DNA from: an uncultured Alphaproteobacteria bacterium
GTDB lineage: Bacteria > Pseudomonadota > Alphaproteobacteria > Rhizobiales > Beijerinckiaceae
Assembly: GCA_963728675.1 (NCBI GenBank)
Contig: CAVSLO010000065.1
Location: 732 to 64,731, forward strand
Direction: 5' to 3'
Length of the DNA: 64,000 nt
Shown here: positions 11,678-21,753 of the stretch, in pieces
How the letters are laid out: every line of letters starts with the position of its first letter
Position numbering within the stretch: position 1 is the stretch's first letter
The notes under the pieces: model-generated
The model's input: the letters and a program-made list of their open reading frames with translations, nothing else
What the model was told of the DNA's origin: nothing
Database searches by the model: none
Program-made: the position numbers and the translations under genes

Positions 11678-12184
11678 CTACTGCGTCACGACCACCTGCG
11701 TGCCGACGCCGACGCGCTCGAACAGGTCGACGATGTCCTGGTTGTACATGCGGATGCAGCCGTAGGACGCAAAGGTGCCGATCGAGGACGGGCGATTGGT
11801 GCCATGGATGGCGTACTCGCCGCCCGACAGCGTCAGCGCGCGCGGGCCCATCGGGTTGTTCGGCGCGCCGCCCGGGATCACGTTCGGCAGCTTCGGGTTG
11901 TCGCGCCTGACTTCGGCCGGAGGCGTCCATGCAGGCTGCACATGCTTGCCGTTCACCTGCGCCCAACCCTGCCACTGCTTGCCGGTTCGGCCGACCGCGA
12001 CGGGGTAGCGGATCGCCCGGCCGTCGCCCAGCACGAGGTAAAGCCGCCGCTCGCTCGTCTTGACGACGATCGTGCCGGGCCGGACCTCGCCGTCGTAGCG
12101 AACGATCTCCCGGGCGCTCGCCGGGGCGGCGGCGCCCATCGTCACGGCTGCCGCGAGGGCAACCCATCCGCTCTGTCGAATCAT
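11678..12184 (-). CDS. L,D-transpeptidase (YkuD/ErfK family)
   Basis: GTIVVKTSERRLYL, NNPMGPRAL, YAIHGT...SYGCIRM catalytic motif. Confidence 0.93.
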   Translation of the reverse strand: MIRQSGWVALAAAVTMGAAAPASAREIVRYDGEVRPGTIVVKTSERRLYLVLGDGRAIRYPVAVGRTGKQWQGWAQVNGKHVQPAWTPPAEVRRDNPKLPNVIPGGAPNNPMGPRALTLSGGEYAIHGTNRPSSIGTFASYGCIRMYNQDIVDLFERVGVGTQVVVTQ

Positions 12185-12653
12185 CTCTCTGGCCCTTGTG
12201 GAGAACAACCTTAGCAGTAACGGCATGAAACAGCCAAGGTTCCGCCCAGATGCGGCCGCAAACTTTTTATTCGCTCGTCCGAGATTCCTTCGGTTGCACG
12301 CGGTCATGTGCGATTCCCCGCAAGTCACGAGGCTGAGATCCGGCATGCTGCGGGACCAACCGCGCTCAGGCTCGGCCCTCGGGTCGCGGCGCCAATCGAG
12401 AGCGTGACCAATCCAACGCCTTCGATCCCAACGGCCTCAGCCGACGCCTTCGCGAAGTCGATGATGCGGCGCCATTCCAGGGAGCTTGGAGCAAACGGCG
12501 TTGTGCTCGGGATGATGGCGCTGTCTTTGTCTGACATATCGGCGGCGGAGCGCCTCAATGCGGGAGCGGAACTCGCCGGCGGGGTCTTGCCCGCTTCCTG
12601 GACGGGCCGCTATAGGAAGCCGCGCGACCGCTGAGGCAGGGATCGGTCAAACT

Positions 12654-12995
12654 ATGAAGAACTTCGTCCAACGCCCTCTGTGGGCCGGCGTGGTTGCGAG
12701 CGTTCTGGGCCTGGCGCTCCAGGGCTGCAACGCGACGTCATCGCCACGCGGCTCCGTCAGCGCTCCCAGTCCGGCCCTCAATTGGCACGACGAGGCGGCG
12801 CGCCTCATCCGGGCGCTCGACCTATCCGGTCGGCTGCAGGACGCCGCACGCGATTACGTCGTCGGGCAGATGGCTCGCGGCGTCGCGCCCAAGCCGGCGC
12901 TGGAGCGCTGGATTGCGGAGCAGCGGGAACGAGGCGCCGTGATCCGCTGCAAGCCCGAGGTCTCGGCCACCGACGAGTGCGTCGCGCGAACCTGA
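12654..12995 (+). CDS. Hypothetical lipoprotein
   Basis: Lipobox LALQGC after a hydrophobic stretch. Confidence 0.55.
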   Translation: MKNFVQRPLWAGVVASVLGLALQGCNATSSPRGSVSAPSPALNWHDEAARLIRALDLSGRLQDAARDYVVGQMARGVAPKPALERWIAEQRERGAVIRCKPEVSATDECVART

Positions 12996-13058
12996 CCGAA
13001 GCGGCCGCTCCTTTCGGGATTTCGCCAGACAATTCGCCAAGAAGATGAGGAGGGGCAC

Positions 13059-13649
13059 ATGAGGCGGGCTGTTGTTTGCGGGGGCCTTTTGGCCCTCGCA
13101 TTCACGTCAGCGAGGCTGGAAGCGGCCGACACGACCGCAGGTGGAGCGGCGTTGACGCCGGCGGAGGCGAAGGGGCTCGCGAGATGCGAAACGACAAAAG
13201 TCGCGACCGTCGATGTTCCCGAGCAATGCGGCGTTCGCTTCGAGATCGCCCGCTTCGGCTCTGAAGAGAGCGGCTTCGTGATGCAATACACCAAGCCGCC
13301 GCAATGGCTCACCGATGGATCTCAAACCGGCGTTTTCTGGCCGCCGCCGGACAGCAAGTATCATCCTTATCCGCAGCAGACCGCCGGGGCGTTCCAGCCG
13401 AGACCGAACGGACCGTTCCAGGTACGGGTCATTGGCTTGTCGAGGTGGGAGGCCGATGGCGAGCGGCCTGTGAAGGAGCTGCTCATCGGCAAGAAGGGCA
13501 ACCTGTTCTGCATGGCTCGCGTGAACCGCGTCACATCGGAGGATCGGGTCGTCCTGAACTTCTTTGCGGGACCCGATGATCCCAGGCCGAACGCCATCGT
13601 GCAGGCGATCTACGACAGCGGGAGTCCTGGCCAGAAGTGCAGCAAGTAG
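13059..13649 (+). CDS. Secreted hypothetical protein
   Basis: GAGGAGG RBS, signal peptide, 196-aa open frame. Confidence 0.6.
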   Translation: MRRAVVCGGLLALAFTSARLEAADTTAGGAALTPAEAKGLARCETTKVATVDVPEQCGVRFEIARFGSEESGFVMQYTKPPQWLTDGSQTGVFWPPPDSKYHPYPQQTAGAFQPRPNGPFQVRVIGLSRWEADGERPVKELLIGKKGNLFCMARVNRVTSEDRVVLNFFAGPDDPRPNAIVQAIYDSGSPGQKCSK

Positions 13650-13746
13650 AGGTCCACCCATCCCGAACGGAGCTCGCCGTGAGCAAGCGATAACCCAGGA
13701 AGAGCCGGGACAGGGCGGGGCTTGCGGCCTTGTCGCGTCCACGAAC

Positions 13747-13771
13747 GGAACCACCTTCAAGCTTGAGCGTT
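13747..13771 (+). promoter_or_regulatory. Sigma-EcfG (general stress) promoter
   Basis: GGAAC-N16-CGTT about 30 bp upstream of ATG 13803. Confidence 0.7.
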
Positions 13772-13802
13772 ACGACTTCGGTTCGCACAACAGGAAGTCG
13801 AA

Positions 13803-14107
13803 ATGCGCATCCTGACAATGATGGCCGGTTCGTTTGCCTTGGTGCTGGCGAACGCCGGCCCTGCCATGGTCCAACAGGGCATCGCAACCGGAGCAGTGAC
13901 GGGAGCGCTGACCGGCGGGCTCGTAGGCGGGCCGATCGGCGCGTCGTCGGCGGCGTGGCGGGCGCGGCGCTCGGCGACGCCGCCGAGGCCGGCTCGCAGC
14001 CGGAAGCATACGAAGTCCGACGGCTGGGCGCAGCTGCGCGGGTCATCCAGCGCACCTGCGTCCGCGACGCTGCTGGAAACCAGACCTGCCGGGAGACGGT
14101 TCGCTAG
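13803..14107 (+). CDS. Small secreted glycine-zipper protein (frameshifted)
   Basis: Signal peptide, GAVTGALTGGLVGGPIGA..GGVAGAALG, C-terminal TCVRDAAGNQTC. Confidence 0.6.
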
Positions 14108-14416
14108 ACAATCTGTTGTCAAGGCAAGGGACGCCGAACGCCAGGCTTCGTCCGCTTCCACGAACAGGGCGGTGGGCGCGTCGATGCTTTTCCTAGCGGT
14201 TCCACGGCGCCCGCAAGGCCGTCATTGACAGGCCGGCCAGTCTCACCAATCGTTTAAGCTCTCAGTGAGAACGATGGTCCACCCCCACGCTCCCTGGCGC
14301 CGGGGGTTTCTGTATCCTGGCGATTTGCAGGCGAGACTGTGGCGCTCCTGCTACAGCTATCACTCAGGCTTTGCGCCTAAGCTAACGCTCCAACTCGTAG
14401 CTAAGGCGGATCAGGC

Positions 14417-15562
14417 ATGAAAAAAATCCTTCTCTCCTCAGTCGCCCTGTTCGGGCTCACGGCCGGCGCCCTGGCGGCCGACCTGCCGCGCCGCGTCGTC
14501 GCTCCGGCTCCGTACGTCCCGGTTCCGGTGTTCACCTGGACCGGCTTCTACATCGGCGTGAACGCGGGCGGCGCCTTCCAGAATCAGGACCGCGACAACT
14601 TCAGCGGTTTCGGCTTCGACGGCTTCGGCGGCAGCGGCCTCTCCGTGCCGACGTTTCCGACTGGCGCGCTTGCGCCGGTGGTGCCGCTGTCCGGATTCAA
14701 CACATTCGGCTTCGGCGGCTTCGATGACCGCAGGGATGACGGCGGCTTCACCGGCGGCGGCCAGATCGGCTACAACTACCAGTTCACGCCGGGCTCCGGC
14801 TGGGTGATCGGCATCGAAGCCGACATCCAAGCCGTCGACTTCGGCCGTCATCGGAACGACGACGTCTTCGGCTTCGGCGGCTTCGGCGGCGGGACCGGCA
14901 TCTTCACGGCGGCGAACGTTCCTCCGGCTGTCGCCGGATTCGGCATCGCATCGCCGACGCTTATCGGTCTCGGCGCGCAAGGCAACGTGGCGCTGTTCGA
15001 CGGCTTCAACGGCTTTGGCAACGGCTTCGACCGCAACCGCATCGACTGGTTCGCCACGGTGCGCGGCCGTCTCGGCTACGCCATCGACCGCCTGTTGATC
15101 TTCGCCACCGGCGGCGTCGCCTTCACGGACCGTAACGATCACGACGACTTCAACAACTTCGGCGGCTTCGGCACCGGCATCCCGAACGGCGCGTCCCTCG
15201 TCGGCACGGGCTTCTACACGAACGCCGGCGCCCGGTTCGCCGGCAGCCTCGTTGCGCCGACCAACACCTTCGGCTTCTTCGGCAATCGCCATGACAGCGA
15301 AGACATCGGCTACGCGGTGGGCGGCGGCATCGAGTACGCCTTCACCAACAACCTGACCGTCAAGATCGAAGGTCTGTACGTCAACTTCGAGCGCGACCAT
15401 CGTAATAACGGCTTCCTGGGCGGCAACGTGGTCGGCGTGACGAACACCGGGGCACCGGTGCTCGACAGCCAGATCGCGGGCTTCGGCTTCGACAGCCGCC
15501 GCCGCGAAAACGACTTCGGCGTGGTCCGCGCTGGCCTGAACTACAAGTTCACCAGCTTCTAA
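14417..15562 (+). CDS. Omp25/RopB-family outer membrane beta-barrel with long loop insertions
   Basis: MKKILL..ALAADLP, FTWTGFYIGVNAG, GGGQIGYNYQF, TVRGRLGYA, VRAGLNYKF. Confidence 0.9.
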   Translation: MKKILLSSVALFGLTAGALAADLPRRVVAPAPYVPVPVFTWTGFYIGVNAGGAFQNQDRDNFSGFGFDGFGGSGLSVPTFPTGALAPVVPLSGFNTFGFGGFDDRRDDGGFTGGGQIGYNYQFTPGSGWVIGIEADIQAVDFGRHRNDDVFGFGGFGGGTGIFTAANVPPAVAGFGIASPTLIGLGAQGNVALFDGFNGFGNGFDRNRIDWFATVRGRLGYAIDRLLIFATGGVAFTDRNDHDDFNNFGGFGTGIPNGASLVGTGFYTNAGARFAGSLVAPTNTFGFFGNRHDSEDIGYAVGGGIEYAFTNNLTVKIEGLYVNFERDHRNNGFLGGNVVGVTNTGAPVLDSQIAGFGFDSRRRENDFGVVRAGLNYKFTSF

Positions 15563-15584
15563 GACCGACGTCGTCCGACAGAAC

Positions 15585-15620
15585 CGAAGGCCCGGCTTTG
15601 CAGCCGGGCCTTCTGTTTTT
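15585..15620 (+). terminator. Rho-independent terminator
   Basis: GAAGGCCCGGCT-TTGC-AGCCGGGCCTTC followed by TGTTTTT. Confidence 0.8.
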
Positions 15621-15850
15621 GAGGGGGTGGGGTCCCCCAGCGAATGCGCCTAGAGCGGACAAACTCGTCTCCGAGCGGGTTCAACTCCGCCCGATCGTTC
15701 GTGGGTCGATTCCGTAATGATTGAAACGCCGCGGCCCGTCGCGCGCCCGGTAGCGCTCTTGCGGCATCAGTCCCGTCAAAAATGCTGCGCGGCACTCGCC
15801 CTCAAGACCGCCAGTCTGTAGAAGGCGGCCAAATCCTGCTGGGACTTGCC

Positions 15851-16249
15851 GTGACCGCACTCACCGCGCTTTCCGACTTCCTCGCCTACTTCCTCGTCGC
15901 GATCGCGCTTGTGGGCCTCTACCTCTTCGTCTACACGCTCGCCACGGCGCACAACGAGTTCGCGCTCATTCGTCAGAACGTCGTCTCGGCGGCGCTGGCC
16001 CTGGGCTTGAGCCTGATCGGCTTCGCCCTGCCGCTGTCCAGCGCGGTCGTCCACGCCAAGACGGTTACGGACTGCCTCATGTGGGGGCTGGTTGCGCTCG
16101 TGGTGCAGATTTTGGTTTATTGGCTCGTGCGCCTCATCGTGCCGAACTTGTCGCAGCGGATTGCGGCGGACGAGATCTCGTCGGCTCTCTTCCTTGGCGC
16201 AGCCTCGCTCGCCGCGGGCATCATCAACGCCGCGTCGATGACCTATTGA
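15851..16249 (+). CDS. DUF350 family membrane protein (YjfL-like)
   Basis: YTLATAHNEFALIRQN..AALAL, WGLVALVVQ, GIINAASMTY. Confidence 0.85.
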   Translation: MTALTALSDFLAYFLVAIALVGLYLFVYTLATAHNEFALIRQNVVSAALALGLSLIGFALPLSSAVVHAKTVTDCLMWGLVALVVQILVYWLVRLIVPNLSQRIAADEISSALFLGAASLAAGIINAASMTY

Positions 16250-16521
16250 TCAGGCTCAAGCCGGGTCGGCGGGCGCGGGCCAAGATAGGTTTCGCGACGT
16301 GCGCGCCAAACGGCCCAGCGGTCTTGCCGGCCCTGAAAAGGCTTGGACGTGTCGAGACCAGGGCAGACCCTTTCGTTCAAGGACGGCTCTCTTGATTGAG
16401 ACCTCCAACGGTGCAATCGGACGCATTCAAGGCGGTCGCGGGCCAGACACGGCGACGGCGCAGCCTGCGAAGCACATCCTTGTTCCGAACGCATCGCTCA
16501 GAAACCGTATGGGTGAGCTAT

Positions 16522-17528
16522 TTACTCGAACAGCGGCCCGGCCGCCCGGATTTCGCCGGTCTCGATGCCATTCCAGTTGGTGAGCGTCCGCCGCGCGAAC
16601 GCGTCGAGCGCCGCGCGCCCCTCGCCATCGATCGGCAGAAAGCGCCGGATCAGCGCCGCCATGATGGCCTCGGCGGCGCGCTTGGCGCCGTCATCGCATT
16701 TGATTGCGATGCCGTAGCCGAGGTCGGGCAGGGCCGCGCAATGCACGCCCTCCGCGCCCGCTTTGACGAAGACGCGCTCGCCGAGACGCTCCATCAGCAC
16801 GGTGTCGAAGCGGCCGGTGCCGGCCACCATGAATGGATGCGCCGCGACCGCTCGGCGAATGCGCGCCGCGGCTTTCGCGCAGTCGCGCGAGATGCCGATC
16901 CCGCTTCCAAATTTGGCGAAGCCGAAGGCGAGAGCGGTCAGCGGGATGGCGTAGGTCGGGATCGAGCAGCCGTCGATGGCGCGAGCCTCGTCGCCGTGGG
17001 ACGCGCCGGTCAGGTCTTCCAAAGCCGCCCGCACCACCTCCTGCACCCGGTGGGTCGGGGCGATGTAACCCGTCGGGTCTACGCCGAGGCCGCAGGCTAG
17101 GCAGATGAAGCCGGCATGCTTGCCGGAGCAATTGTTGTGCAGGGCCGACGGCTTTGCATGGCTGGCGGCAAGCCTCCGGGCCGCCTTCTCGCTCAGCGGC
17201 CAATGCGCGCCGCATTCGAGACAAGCCGCGTCCCGCCCGGCTTTGGCGAGCATCGCCGCCGCGGTCTCGACATGCTCCCGCTCGCCTGCGTGCGACCCGC
17301 ATGCCAACGCGATCTGCGCATCCGTCAGCCGAACTGGTCCGCAATGCCGCTTTCGACAAGCGGAAGCGCTTGCAGCGCCTTCACGGCCGAGCGGGGAAAG
17401 ACGCGGCGCTCGACGTCGCCGAGCGCGAGCACCATCGCGCCTTCGGCATCGACCACGGCGGCGGCGGCGTGATGCCGCGACTCGACCTCGGGCCCGCGCG
17501 TCACCTCAACCAGAACCGGGTTGTCCAT
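16522..17528 (-). CDS. L-asparaginase II family (frameshifted)
   Basis: VEVTRG..VESRH, RSAVKALQ, HNNCSGKHAG, DGCSIP, KAGAEG. Confidence 0.9.
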
Positions 17529-17659
17529 CGCGATGCTCCCGTCGTATGCGGCGCTCTTGCGCCCAGTCAAGGTCAAGCCCTAGCCGACGGCTTTGGTTGC
17601 CGATGCCTCGGAGTGCGGCTAAAGCCAGGGAAGAGGGCGAAAACGCTTATGGGGGATTC

Positions 17660-18997
17660 ATGCGGGTTGCGATGATTGGGAGCGGGTATGTCGGCCTGGT
17701 GTCGGGCGCGTGCTTCGCCGATTTCGGGCACGACGTCATCTGCGTCGACAAGGACCCGGCCAAGATCGACGCGCTGCGGCGCGGCGAGATGCCGATCTTC
17801 GAGCCGGGGCTGTCGGATCTCGTCGCCAACAACGTGCGCGAGGGCCGCCTGTCCTTCACGACCGACCTGACCGAGGCGGTGCGCAACGCCGACGCGGTGT
17901 TCATCGCGGTCGGCACGCCCTCGCGGCGCGGCGACGGCCATGCCGACCTGTCCTACGTCTATCAGGCGGCGCGCGAAATCGCGGCGCGCGCTCGACGGCT
18001 ATACGGTCGTCGTCACCAAATCGACCGTGCCGGTCGGCACCGGCGACGAGGTCGAGCGCATCATCCGCGAGACCCGGCCCGAGGCCGACTTCGCCGTCGT
18101 CTCGAACCCGGAATTCCTGCGCGAGGGCGCGGCGATCGCCGACTTCAAGCGGCCCGACCGCATCGTCATCGGCACCGAGGACGAGCGCGCGGCCGCGACG
18201 TGATGACGGAGGTCTACCGCCCGCTCTACCTCAACCAGGCCCCGATCCTGGTCACCTCGCGGCGCACGGCGGAGCTGACCAAATACGCCGCCAACGCCTT
18301 CCTGGCGACCAAGATCACCTTCATCAACGAGATCGCCGATCTGTGCGAGCAGGTCGGCGCCAACGTGCAGGAGGTCGCGCGCGGCATCGGCCTCGACAAC
18401 CGCATCGGCGTCGAAGTTCCTGCATGCCGGGCCGGGCTACGGCGGCTCGTGCTTTCCCAAGGACACGCTGGCGCTGATCAAGACGGCGCAGGACCACGAG
18501 GCGCCGATCCGCATCGTCGAGACGGTGGCGGCGGTCAACGACCAGCGCAAGCGCGCCATGGGCCGCAAGGTGATCGCGGCCTGCGGCGGCAGCGTGCGCG
18601 GCAAGACGATCGCGGTCCTGGGCCTGACCTTCAAGCCCAACACCGACGACATGCGCGATGCGCCCTCGCTATCGATCATCGCGGCGCTGCAGGACGCGGG
18701 CGCGAGCGTGCGGGCCTACGATCCGGAGGGCATGGAGCAGGCGCGCGCGCTGCTCGACGGCTGTGGATTACGCACCGGACCCCTATGCCTGCGCGGCGGG
18801 GCGCCGACGCGCTCGTGATCGTCACCGAGTGGGACGCGTTCCGCGCCCTCGACCTCGACCGCATTCAAACCATGCTCAAACAACCCGTCCTGGTGGACCT
18901 GCGCAACATCTATCCCCCGGACGACATGAAGCGGCGCGGCTTCACCTACGTCAGCGTCGGGCGTTCGAACGGCGCGGCGCACGAGGCGGCTTTCTGA
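17660..18997 (+). CDS. ugd: UDP-glucose 6-dehydrogenase (frameshifted)
   Basis: [49 protein letters not shown]. Confidence 0.93.
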   Translation: MRVAMIGSGYVGLVSGACFADFGHDVICVDKDPAKIDALRRGEMPIFEPGLSDLVANNVREGRLSFTTDLTEAVRNADAVFIAVGTPSRRGDGHADLSYVYQAAREIAARARRLYGRRHQIDRAGRHRRRGRAHHPRDPARGRLRRRLEPGIPARGRGDRRLQAARPHRHRHRGRARGRDVMTEVYRPLYLNQAPILVTSRRTAELTKYAANAFLATKITFINEIADLCEQVGANVQEVARGIGLDNRIGVEVPACRAGLRRLVLSQGHAGADQDGAGPRGADPHRRDGGGGQRPAQARHGPQGDRGLRRQRARQDDRGPGPDLQAQHRRHARCALAIDHRGAAGRGRERAGLRSGGHGAGARAARRLWITHRTPMPARRGADALVIVTEWDAFRALDLDRIQTMLKQPVLVDLRNIYPPDDMKRRGFTYVSVGRSNGAAHEAAF

Positions 18998-19061
18998 CCT
19001 CTTGCGATCAAAACGTGCGATTGGGGCCGCTTTCCTTCGGTCGGGTCGGAGTCCTCCCGCG

Positions 19062-19298
19062 ATGCAAACCTTCTTCGTCGAGATCAAATGCAAGCTCGGC
19101 AAAACGTATCAGGTCGCCAGCGCGCTCGCGGACCGGGAGATCGCTTCCGAGATTTATTCCACGGCAGGCAACTACGACATTCTCGCCAAGTTTCACGTCG
19201 ACGACGCGGTCGACATCGGCCATTTCGTGGCCGAGAACGTGCAGACCATCCCTGAAATCCAGGACACCCGCACCATCATCACGTTCAAGGCGTTCTGA
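19062..19298 (+). CDS. Lrp/AsnC ligand-binding domain protein
   Basis: FFVEIKCKLGKTY..EIYSTAGNYDILAKF..TRTIITFKAF. Confidence 0.85.
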   Translation: MQTFFVEIKCKLGKTYQVASALADREIASEIYSTAGNYDILAKFHVDDAVDIGHFVAENVQTIPEIQDTRTIITFKAF

Positions 19299-19678
19299 GC
19301 CGACGCGGGGCGCTGGGGCGAGAGTCGTCCGCCGTGCAAGCCGAACGCCCTCGTCGCAGACTGAGAGGGCGACGCCCAGGTATGAAGCGCTGGGCGGCTT
19401 GGGATGAGGACAAGAGGGGACGAGGCAGGGTCGGCCGCGATCCAGGCGCACGGAAGCGGGCGTCAGGCAACGAGCAGGTGGCTGTTGGAGCCGGCGGCGT
19501 ACTGCACGGCGAGATGGCTGCGTTCGTCCGGTCACGGCTTGAGGGTGCGCCCGCCGACTTGAAGCCCGCCCCATCGAGGCCTTGGCCGTTCTCCGACGGC
19601 GATGGCTTCATCCCAAGTGAGGAGAGGCGGCCGGAATGCGTCCGCCCCCTCGCACCTGCGGCAAGCGGTCGGCCCCGC

Positions 19679-20026
19679 TCACCTGATGATCACGCCAGGC
19701 CCCAACAGGACAGGAGCGAGATTAAACAGGACGGCGACGAGAATTATGAAGCCGATCGCCGCGCCGGCCAACCGAAACGCGACATCTTTGCCCAACTGCC
19801 GATCGAAGTAAGATCCAACCGCCGCGAAGCCGCCGATCAAGAGCGCCACCAGCGTGGAAGCCACGAGGATCGCAATGAATCCGCGAACGAAGCTCAGCCC
19901 TCGCAATTCAAAAACGATTCCTGTCCCGACCGCCACGATCAGCAGCGCACCCAGGAGCGGCGGTAAACTTCTCGTATAGTCCGAGAGGTCCATCTTGCCG
20001 CGGGGGGATAACGGAGACGTGCTCAT
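19679..20026 (-). CDS. Hypothetical membrane protein
   Basis: Three hydrophobic segments; no family recognised. Confidence 0.55.
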   Translation of the reverse strand: MSTSPLSPRGKMDLSDYTRSLPPLLGALLIVAVGTGIVFELRGLSFVRGFIAILVASTLVALLIGGFAAVGSYFDRQLGKDVAFRLAGAAIGFIILVAVLFNLAPVLLGPGVIIR

Positions 20027-20188
20027 TGCATCTTAGCCGGGAGCGTCACCAAATCGCTAGAAGCAGAAGCCGCAGTCCCACTTCTGGGTTCCAGGAGCGC
20101 AAACGAAATGCGGCGGACGAGAAACCCATCCGCCGCGTTGTTGCGCACCATTGGTCCGGGCGTACCCGGTACCTGCTTCGCAAGACGG

Positions 20189-21076
20189 TTAGCGCTTCGA
20201 ATCCTTGTCTCGGGCCGACTGCGGAGGCTTGAAAGCCGCGCCCGCGACCCGCGTTGTCGTCTCGAAAAGATCCTTCCAGCGCTGAGTCGTGTCCTCGTAA
20301 GCCTTCCGGATAGCCCTCGCCTGCGCTTGCACCGCCTCGGCGGGCGAGGTGGCCGTCAGGGTCGAGCGCCAGACGTCGAGCGCGGCTTCGGCCTGCGCGC
20401 GGACGAGGTCGAGCACCTTGCCGTTGATTTCGGCGAAGCCGCTCGTCATGGCGGCCGTGTTCCCCGTCATGGCTTGGCGCAGGGCCTCACTGGATTGCTG
20501 GACTTGGGCGTAGGCCGTCCGGGTTGTCTCGGCGCCTATTCCCGCCACGGCTGCAAGGGGAGCGGCGGCGGCCTCCGGCTTGGAGGGAGAGCCGCGACGC
20601 GTCGTGGCGTCGCGGTCCGCAAGCGTGGGTCTGGCAGGCTCGGGCTTCGCAGGCGCTTCGGACGCGACATTCGCCGATGGCTGAGGAGTTGGGAGCGCCT
20701 GTTTCTCTGCTTCGGCCTTCTTCGGCGCCGGCGACGCGGGGGACCTGGGCGCTGTTTTCGCCGCGGCGGGCTCCGGCTTTGCCGCAGGGGTCTTTGCAGG
20801 CTCCGTCTTGGCGAGGGCTGCTGGCGCTGGTTCACGCTTGATCGCCGCTGGGGCGCTTGGGGCAGCCTTGGGCTGGGCGGCGCCGGCGCCGGTCGCACCC
20901 TGACGGGAGGCCGTCGGTGCAGGCTGGGAGACCGGAACGGATTTCTCAGCCGCCTTGGTTGGGGCGGGCGTTTCCACCTTCGTGGACTTTCCTGCCTTGG
21001 CCGTCGCGGGAGCCGGCTTCGCCTCGGCTTTGCTATTGACCGGCGCCGAAGCGCCGGCCTTGCTGTCGTTCTTCAT
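20189..21076 (-). CDS. Phasin-domain protein with a long Ala/Lys/Pro-rich N-terminus
   Basis: C-terminal helical phasin-like region (EINGKVLDLVRAQAEAALD..SPAEAVQAQ); directly downstream of the phasin gene. Confidence 0.65.
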   Translation of the reverse strand: MKNDSKAGASAPVNSKAEAKPAPATAKAGKSTKVETPAPTKAAEKSVPVSQPAPTASRQGATGAGAAQPKAAPSAPAAIKREPAPAALAKTEPAKTPAAKPEPAAAKTAPRSPASPAPKKAEAEKQALPTPQPSANVASEAPAKPEPARPTLADRDATTRRGSPSKPEAAAAPLAAVAGIGAETTRTAYAQVQQSSEALRQAMTGNTAAMTSGFAEINGKVLDLVRAQAEAALDVWRSTLTATSPAEAVQAQARAIRKAYEDTTQRWKDLFETTTRVAGAAFKPPQSARDKDSKR

Positions 21077-21115
21077 CGTTCTCTCCAAAGTTGGAGCGGG
21101 GCAGCCGATGCTGCC

Positions 21116-21550
21116 TTACTTCTTGCTCGTTCCGCCCCGAGCGCCCTGGGTCGCCTGATCGGCCGCCTCTTGCGTGGTGCGGACGCCTTGGCTTATGGCG
21201 GACTGCGCCATCGAGCCGAATTCCTTCATCTGGGCCTGCAAGGCGGCGAACTGAGACCGCACGAACTCCGACTGAAGCTGAACCGCCTCCTGAACGTCCT
21301 TGGCGCGCACAAGCCTCTGGGCATGATCGAAAGCCGCCGAGAGATTTTGCTCGGCATAGTTCAGGGTCTTGTGCGTCATGTCCTTGGCGCTTGCCTGGAC
21401 CGTGTTCGCAGAACCTTCGAACGTGTCAACCGTGCGGCGTGCGGCGCTCAAGAAGCTGTCAACGGCTTTGCGCGCCTGCTCGACGCTCTTTTCGGCGAAG
21501 TCACGCATCTCGGCCGGGATCTCGTAATTCGGGGTCGGGGTATTAGCCAT
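21116..21550 (-). CDS. phaP: Phasin (PHB granule protein)
   Basis: YEIPAEMRDFAEKSVEQARKA..AKDVQEAVQLQSEFVRSQ. Confidence 0.9.
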   Translation of the reverse strand: MANTPTPNYEIPAEMRDFAEKSVEQARKAVDSFLSAARRTVDTFEGSANTVQASAKDMTHKTLNYAEQNLSAAFDHAQRLVRAKDVQEAVQLQSEFVRSQFAALQAQMKEFGSMAQSAISQGVRTTQEAADQATQGARGGTSKK

Positions 21551-21574
21551 GGTTGACTCTCCTCTAGGATTGGA

Positions 21575-21610
21575 TTGTGCGATGCACAAATATTATTTTG
21601 CACCGCAAAA
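21575..21610. promoter_or_regulatory. Two PhaR (AniA)-type operator palindromes
   Basis: TTGTGCGATGCACAA (21575) and TTTTGCACCGCAAAA (21596) upstream of the phasin. Confidence 0.7.
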
Positions 21611-21699
21611 GCAACCAGTTTTTTACGCCCGTTAACCTTGACGCAAGGTAAAAGCCTACGCCAGCCCTTTCAGGTGGGTGTTCCACCGCCAAAATTCCA

Positions 21700-21714
21700 T
21701 TAAGTCTCCATTAA
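21700..21714. promoter_or_regulatory. CtrA binding site
   Basis: TTAA-N7-TTAA about 40 bp upstream of the PdhS-type kinase. Confidence 0.65.
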
Positions 21715-21753
21715 TTATGAGGTTGCCGCGCTACCGTCCGGGAGGTTGGCTCA

